From assembly GCA_976551045.1 (NCBI GenBank), contig CDPCPM010000026.1, positions 23,188,001-23,252,000 of the forward strand: DNA of 64,000 nt. Direction: 5' to 3'. This document shows, one piece after another, positions 58,294 through 64,000 of the stretch (position 1 is its first letter; each line of letters begins with the position of its first letter). A program made the translations under genes and the position numbers. The DNA comes from Glaucostegus cemiculus (taxonomy: Eukaryota). Under the pieces are notes generated by a model. The model did no database searches. It saw nothing but the letters and a program-made list of their open reading frames with translations, and was not told the origin of the DNA.

Positions 58294-58989
58294 ATAATGA
58301 TGGAAGAGTTCCTCAGGGCTGCTTCCCAGTTCAAACAATCTTCAGCTCCTTCATCAATGACCTTTTCTCCATGATTCAGTCAGAACTTAGGATGCTGACT
58401 GATAATCATGCAATAATCGTTTACATTCATGATTCCTCAGATAACGAAGCAGTCCAAGCAGTTAACAGTTGTAAGAACTACAGAACATTCAGGTTTGGGT
58501 GGTAAGTGACATTCATCCCACTCAAGTGCCTGGCAATGAATAGCATTTGAAAAGCATGGCACTTTGTCTCTCAAATTGTTGCAGACATTTTTTGAGATAA
58601 TAAAGAACATACATCATGTGGTTTGTCACAATATATTTCACACATTATTTGTGTGCCATTCTAAAACTACGACAATGTAGCCTCACTTCTACAGAATACG
58701 TATTGTAGAAGGGTAAAAGAACCTAAAATGAAGGAAATATGTAGCAAGTCAGCCAGCATCTGTGGGAGAGAGTGACAGTTATCATATACCTGTGGAGCAT
58801 ATCCAGCACTTCTGTTTATTTCAGAATTCTAGCCACAGCAGTATTTTAGTTTTGTACATTACTGAAGTCATTGAATATGTGTTATGACATTTGAAATACA
58901 GCAACAATATATTCAAAATGACTAGCATGATAAAAATTAATGTGTAAAGTGTGTATAAAAGGGAAATGAATAGAAGTTAAATAGAATGA

Positions 58990-59265
<276 letters not shown>

Positions 59266-61370
59266 TGAAGAACACATATTTTTTGGGGGGATGTCACTGT
59301 GGCTATTCCCCTATTTGAGATTGAAAGGATGATGATGAGTCACCTTGTCCGCCGTTGCATTCCTGCTGGTTAAAGCACTACAATAGTGTTGGGAGGGAGT
59401 TCAAGGATTTAGACCCAGTGATGGTGGACAAATGGTGATGTTGTATGTGGTTCACTATGTGTGTGTGAATTGGAGGGGATCCAGCAGGTGGTTGTGTTCC
59501 AATGTGTTTGTTGCCCTTGTTCTTGTTGGTGGAGGTTGTGCATTTGGGCGAGGTTGTTGGAGTACTTTAGGCAAGCAAATGATGTAGTTTGTAGTTGGCA
59601 TATAGTGCAGCCACTGTAAAGCTGTGGTGAAGGGAATGTACTTTTAGGGTGATGGATTACCAATGAAGCTGGTAAATTGTCACTATTCTTGATTGTTGTT
59701 AGAGCTGTACTCAACAAAACAAAAGTATTCCACAAGTCTCCTGAGATTCCTTGTAGCGTTGAAAAGGTTTTGGAGTGTTGGGGTTGACTCATTCACTCCT
59801 GGTTACCCAGCCCCTGATCTGCTCTGGTAGCCCCTGTATTTATGCAACTGGTCCAGTTAAGTTTCTAGCAATACAAATGTGTAATTCTACATATAGGTGC
59901 ATGAATCATTACTTCATGTCACTGCAGTTACCACTTCAATTATCATCATTTGAAAATATCTTGTAAATTCTTGAGATATTATTGCAACAGACATAATGTA
60001 ATTAGGATTAAATTATGAGGAGAGTACATGAAACTTTCATATAAAATATCTGTCAGTCTTGGAATTAAGGTTAATAAGTCTGGCATTAAGTGCCAGTTGT
60101 AGAAGAGCTCTAAATGTCTTGTCACCCCTTGAGAAAGACTTCTAATGTAAACGCTAACATATGTTTCAGCTAATTTACACCCTAAGCCAAGACTCCTCCT
60201 GCATTGGAAATATAATTTATTAAACTATCAGGCCTTTATTATCAAGAGTTTAGAAGAATTGAGAAGTTTGGAACTAGGGTTCACAATTTCAAAATAAGGG
60301 GCAATCAACATAGAACAAGGATGAGGAGAATTCCTTCACAGACGATACCTTTGGAATTCTCTGCTCTGGAGGGCTCTGGAGGTTCAATACCTGAGTTTGT
60401 TCAAAACAGAAGTCAGTAGATTTCCAGATATTAAGGGTTTATATGGGGATATTGCTGTGAACTTGATGAAAGATGGTGCAGGCTCGAAGGGCCACAATAC
60501 TCAGATAATTGCAAGCTAATGGACCCTTAAAGTTCTAAAATACAGGGAATATAATCCTAAATTGTAAAATCTGACCTCATAATTTTACACCAGAATACAG
60601 GTATCATTCTAGCATAATTTTTATCCTGGTGCCAGAAACTGAATGCACTAATCCAAGTGTGGTATGGTTAAGTGTGAATAGCTGCAGCATGACTTCTAGT
60701 CTTTTTATATTCAGATTCCCGACTGGAATGCTGACATTTATATTTAGCCTTTTTCATTATCTATGTCATCTTAATGGTCTCGGCACAATCTTTTTGAGTC
60801 TCCACAGCTTCTAGCTTTTCACCATTTAGAAAATGGTATGAATTTCTTTTATCCAGGTCATACAATTTCACAACTGTCTGCATTGAAATCTATTTGCCAC
60901 AGCTTCAAAGCCTCTGTGTCCATGGACAATAGTGTAGCAGTAGCAACAACATGAGAGAGAGAATGCATGTTCACACCACATGCTAAGTTCCCCTGTTCGC
61001 CTGTGCTGCAGTGGAATTTGTGGAAAGAAGCCAGATGGTATCTAACAAGGATGAGAAAGCTGAAGCTGGAACCACATTCAAGTGCCCTCTCTTATCTCAA
61101 GTTGGCTGTTTAATAGTGGCACTGCTGGGGGTCAGAGATCCAGTCACCAACTGTGTCCCTCTCAGAGGATGGAGTGAGATTGCAGTGAAAGAAAAGAGAA
61201 ACTATTCATAACACCCAAAGACAGGAAAGAACTAGTATGTAAAATCCACTGATCAGTGGAGAAAAAATGAAGTACCAATAAATGTTTGTTTGGGAAATGG
61301 TTGATGTTACAAAAAACTTCTTCAACACACACCATGTATCAATAAATTCTAAACTTTGTACTGTAGCTTT

Positions 61371-62560
61371 ATAGTCAGAGTTGAATAACACAGAAACTGG
61401 CCCTTCAGCCCACAACATCCATGCTGATCTTTTTGTCCATCTGCATTAATTGTATTTGCCCACATTAGCATTGTATTCTTCTATGCCTTGCCTATTTAAG
61501 TGCCTGTCTAAATGTTTCTGAAACGTACTGATTGTATCTGATTCCATCACTTCCCCTGGGAGCAAGTTCCAGATATCAACCATTCTCTATGTAAAAAAAA
61601 ACTTTCCTCTCAATCCCATTTAAAACTCCCTCCTCTCACTTTAAACCTATGCCCTCTTGTTTTTGATACCCCTGCCGTGGGGCAAGCATTTTGACTATCT
61701 GCTCTATCTGTGCCTCTTATAATTTTATCTACATTTATCAGGTCACCCTTCAGCCTCCTGTGTTCCAGGGAAAACAAGCCCAGCCTATTCAATCTCCCCC
61801 CATAACTAAAGTACTTCAATAATGGCAAAATCTTGGTGAATCTCCCCTGTACCCTCTCTAACACAGCCATATTCTGTCATGTTGTGATCAGAACTGCACA
61901 CAGTACTCCAAGTGTGGTCTCACCAGTAAAGTAGTGCAATATAACATCCCAACTTTTATAGTCTATGCCCTGCCCTATGAAGGCAAACATGCCATATGCC
62001 TTCTTCACTATCCAATCTACATATGTTGCCCCTTTCTGAGAACTATGAACCTGAGTGCCAAGTTCCTTATGCCCAGTCCCTGTTTAACTTCCTAGAATGC
62101 TTCACCTTACATTTGTCAGGATTAACTTCCATCTGCCAATGCTCCACTCAGCTTTCCATTTTATCTATATGCTGCTGTAGCCTTAGCCAACCTTCCTCCC
62201 TATCCACAACACCACCAACTTTTGTGTCATTGACATGTGCTAATCATCCCTGTTACATTCACGTTAAAGTCATCAATATACTGTATATATTACAAACAGC
62301 AAGGGTCCAAGCACCAATCCCTGCATTACACCACTGGTCACAGACTTCCAATCAGAAAAGCTTCCTTCTACCACCATTCTCTGTTTCTTATCAATTTTGG
62401 AATCAATTAGCCAGCTCAGCTTGGATCCTATGTGCCTTAATCTTGTGGACCAGCCTACCATGGGGGACCTTGTCAAATGCCTTACTAAATCTGCATCGAC
62501 AATGTGTACCAACCTGCCTTCGTCAATTTCAGTTATCTCCTCAAAAACTCAATCAAATTA
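61371..62560 (-). mobile_element. CR1-type LINE RT C-terminus and 3' UTR
   Basis: ORF 62273..62512 (QRMVVEGSFSDWKSVTSGVMQGLVLGPLLFVIY) and ORF 61610..61870 (LERVQGRFTK...LFSLEHRRLKGDLI). Confidence 0.9.
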
Positions 62561-62610
62561 ATGAGATGAGTTTTGGTATTAAAGTTGTTCATTATCTAGA
62601 ATTCTCATGA

Positions 62611-62736
<126 letters not shown>

Positions 62737-63607
62737 TAGTCTATGATAATTGTAATCTGGATCTTGAAAAACAGAATTTACAGGATAAGAATTGAAACAT
62801 CACCATGCATCACTGAGTTGTTCTCGAGGAGTATCATACAAGGGAGTGGATCTAACATATTATCCATAATTGAGAAGAAGGAACTCATTTTGCAGTATTG
62901 GGTCATCTATTAGCATCTTATGAAATTTAGACTGGCCCCTATCATGCTGATAACATTTTGAGTTTAAAAGGACCTGAGTGATCAGAAGTGACTATGTCTC
63001 ATCTGGCCATTAAAGCAGAGACTATAATGTTGTTTAAAAGAAAATTGGATAATTATTGGAAAACTAAATGCATTAATGGATGTTAGTGGATATTAAGAAA
63101 CATTTGGGGAAATGAGGTTAAAGTACATTTAATGCTGTAGTTCTCATAGAGGAATAAAAGTAAAAGAATATATTCAGTAATTTCTAAGATGTATGGCCTG
63201 GCAAGGTGACTAGGTTTCACTCTAAACCTTTGACAATGTCACATTTAAACCCAGGTCCAATTTGGGACATCGAATTAAATTTCCAAACTGAAATTAATGA
63301 ATTTTTGATAGGCAAAGGTATTAAGGCTGGTGAATGGAATTAAAATACAGAGATCTAAATTGAAGTCTGCATTGGAAAAGCCTTTATTCCAATAGCAATA
63401 TCTACTTCACTGATACCTGTAATATTTTCTATTTGCCACAGATGGCACTTTGTAATGGAATTCTTCGTTAATCATGTATAAAAATACACATTGCTTTTGC
63501 AAACCATGTTCCTATGACACAGACACTTGTCTCCTGTAAAAGAACATATTGCATGAAGTTGGATCTAACAGTAATTATATTTTTTTCACCAATCTGTTGT
63601 CCATTAG

Positions 63608-63661
63608 GCCAAGCTGCCAAACCTCAAAGAAGTGGATGTCCGTTATACAGAAGCCTGGTGA
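63608..63661 (+). CDS. CMIP: CMIP last coding exon: AKLPNLKEVDVRYTEAW*
   Basis: Acceptor ccattag; TGA at 63659-63661; matches the recalled CMIP C-terminus. Confidence 0.96.
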   Translation, partial: AKLPNLKEVDVRYTEAW

Positions 63662-64000
63662 ATTCCTCATGTGATGGTCACCGAGAAAAGATTATTTTGT
63701 GGAAGGATCAGAAAAAAGAAACTTTTTCCAGCATTTTTACCTTGGGTCAGGGAGTGCTGAGATCGCCAGCTCGGGTTCTTTCACCAGAGGCCTGTACACT
63801 GCTGGGTTCCTTGTGGACCCTGGTTCATTCTTAATGCTTTTTGATTTCTGAAGATGAAAAAATGTGTAGCAGCAAACCGGCCACAAGAGGAACCTCCCTG
63901 GTCATTAATTGCCTTTGTGCTTACGCTGTGTGTGAAAAGATATATTCCTCTCTTGTTTATTTCGTCTACTTGAACGGACCAATGTCAAACCAATTTGGAA
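63662..64000 (+). other. CMIP: Start of CMIP 3' UTR (continues beyond window)
   Basis: Directly follows the stop codon; no AATAAA seen before the window ends. Confidence 0.8.

Noticed and set aside
61996-62610. 204-aa plus-strand ORF
   Set aside because: It is the antisense frame of the minus-strand CR1 fragment.
63514-63834. 106-aa ORF overlapping the last CMIP exon in another frame
   Set aside because: It starts in the intron and has no recognisable similarity. The conserved frame is AKLPNLKEVDVRYTEAW*.

Overview
This is eukaryotic vertebrate genomic DNA, not prokaryotic. The repeat content (HE1-type V-SINEs, CR1, Rex/Babar, RTE and L2 LINEs, Penelope-like elements, Deu-type SINEs) points to a cartilaginous fish, probably an elasmobranch. 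The window holds the last 18 coding exons of CMIP (c-Maf-inducing protein) on the + strand, from 6401 to the TGA at 63659-63661. All 17 introns are GT-AG, and the exons splice by hand into one open frame of 1896 nt (631 aa + stop), running from just after the PH domain to the C-terminal leucine-rich repeats. The first exons lie upstream of the window, and the 3' UTR runs off its end. Almost all ORFs in the supplied track are intronic noise or transposon fragments. I found no convincing new biological system. The best leads are: (1) a LINE tail against a CMIP acceptor that creates a potential poison splice site and AATAAA signals; (2) inverted LINE pairs around frame-neutral exons; (3) a palindromic Penelope-like insertion with a target-site duplication (TSD) and a decayed hammerhead core; (4) a fossil Harbinger transposase; (5) a Ser/Thr (AGC)n insertion in CMIP; and (6) a 27-nt microexon. 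Comparisons with human CMIP and with repeat consensi are from memory and need confirming by alignment. Repeat boundaries are approximate.
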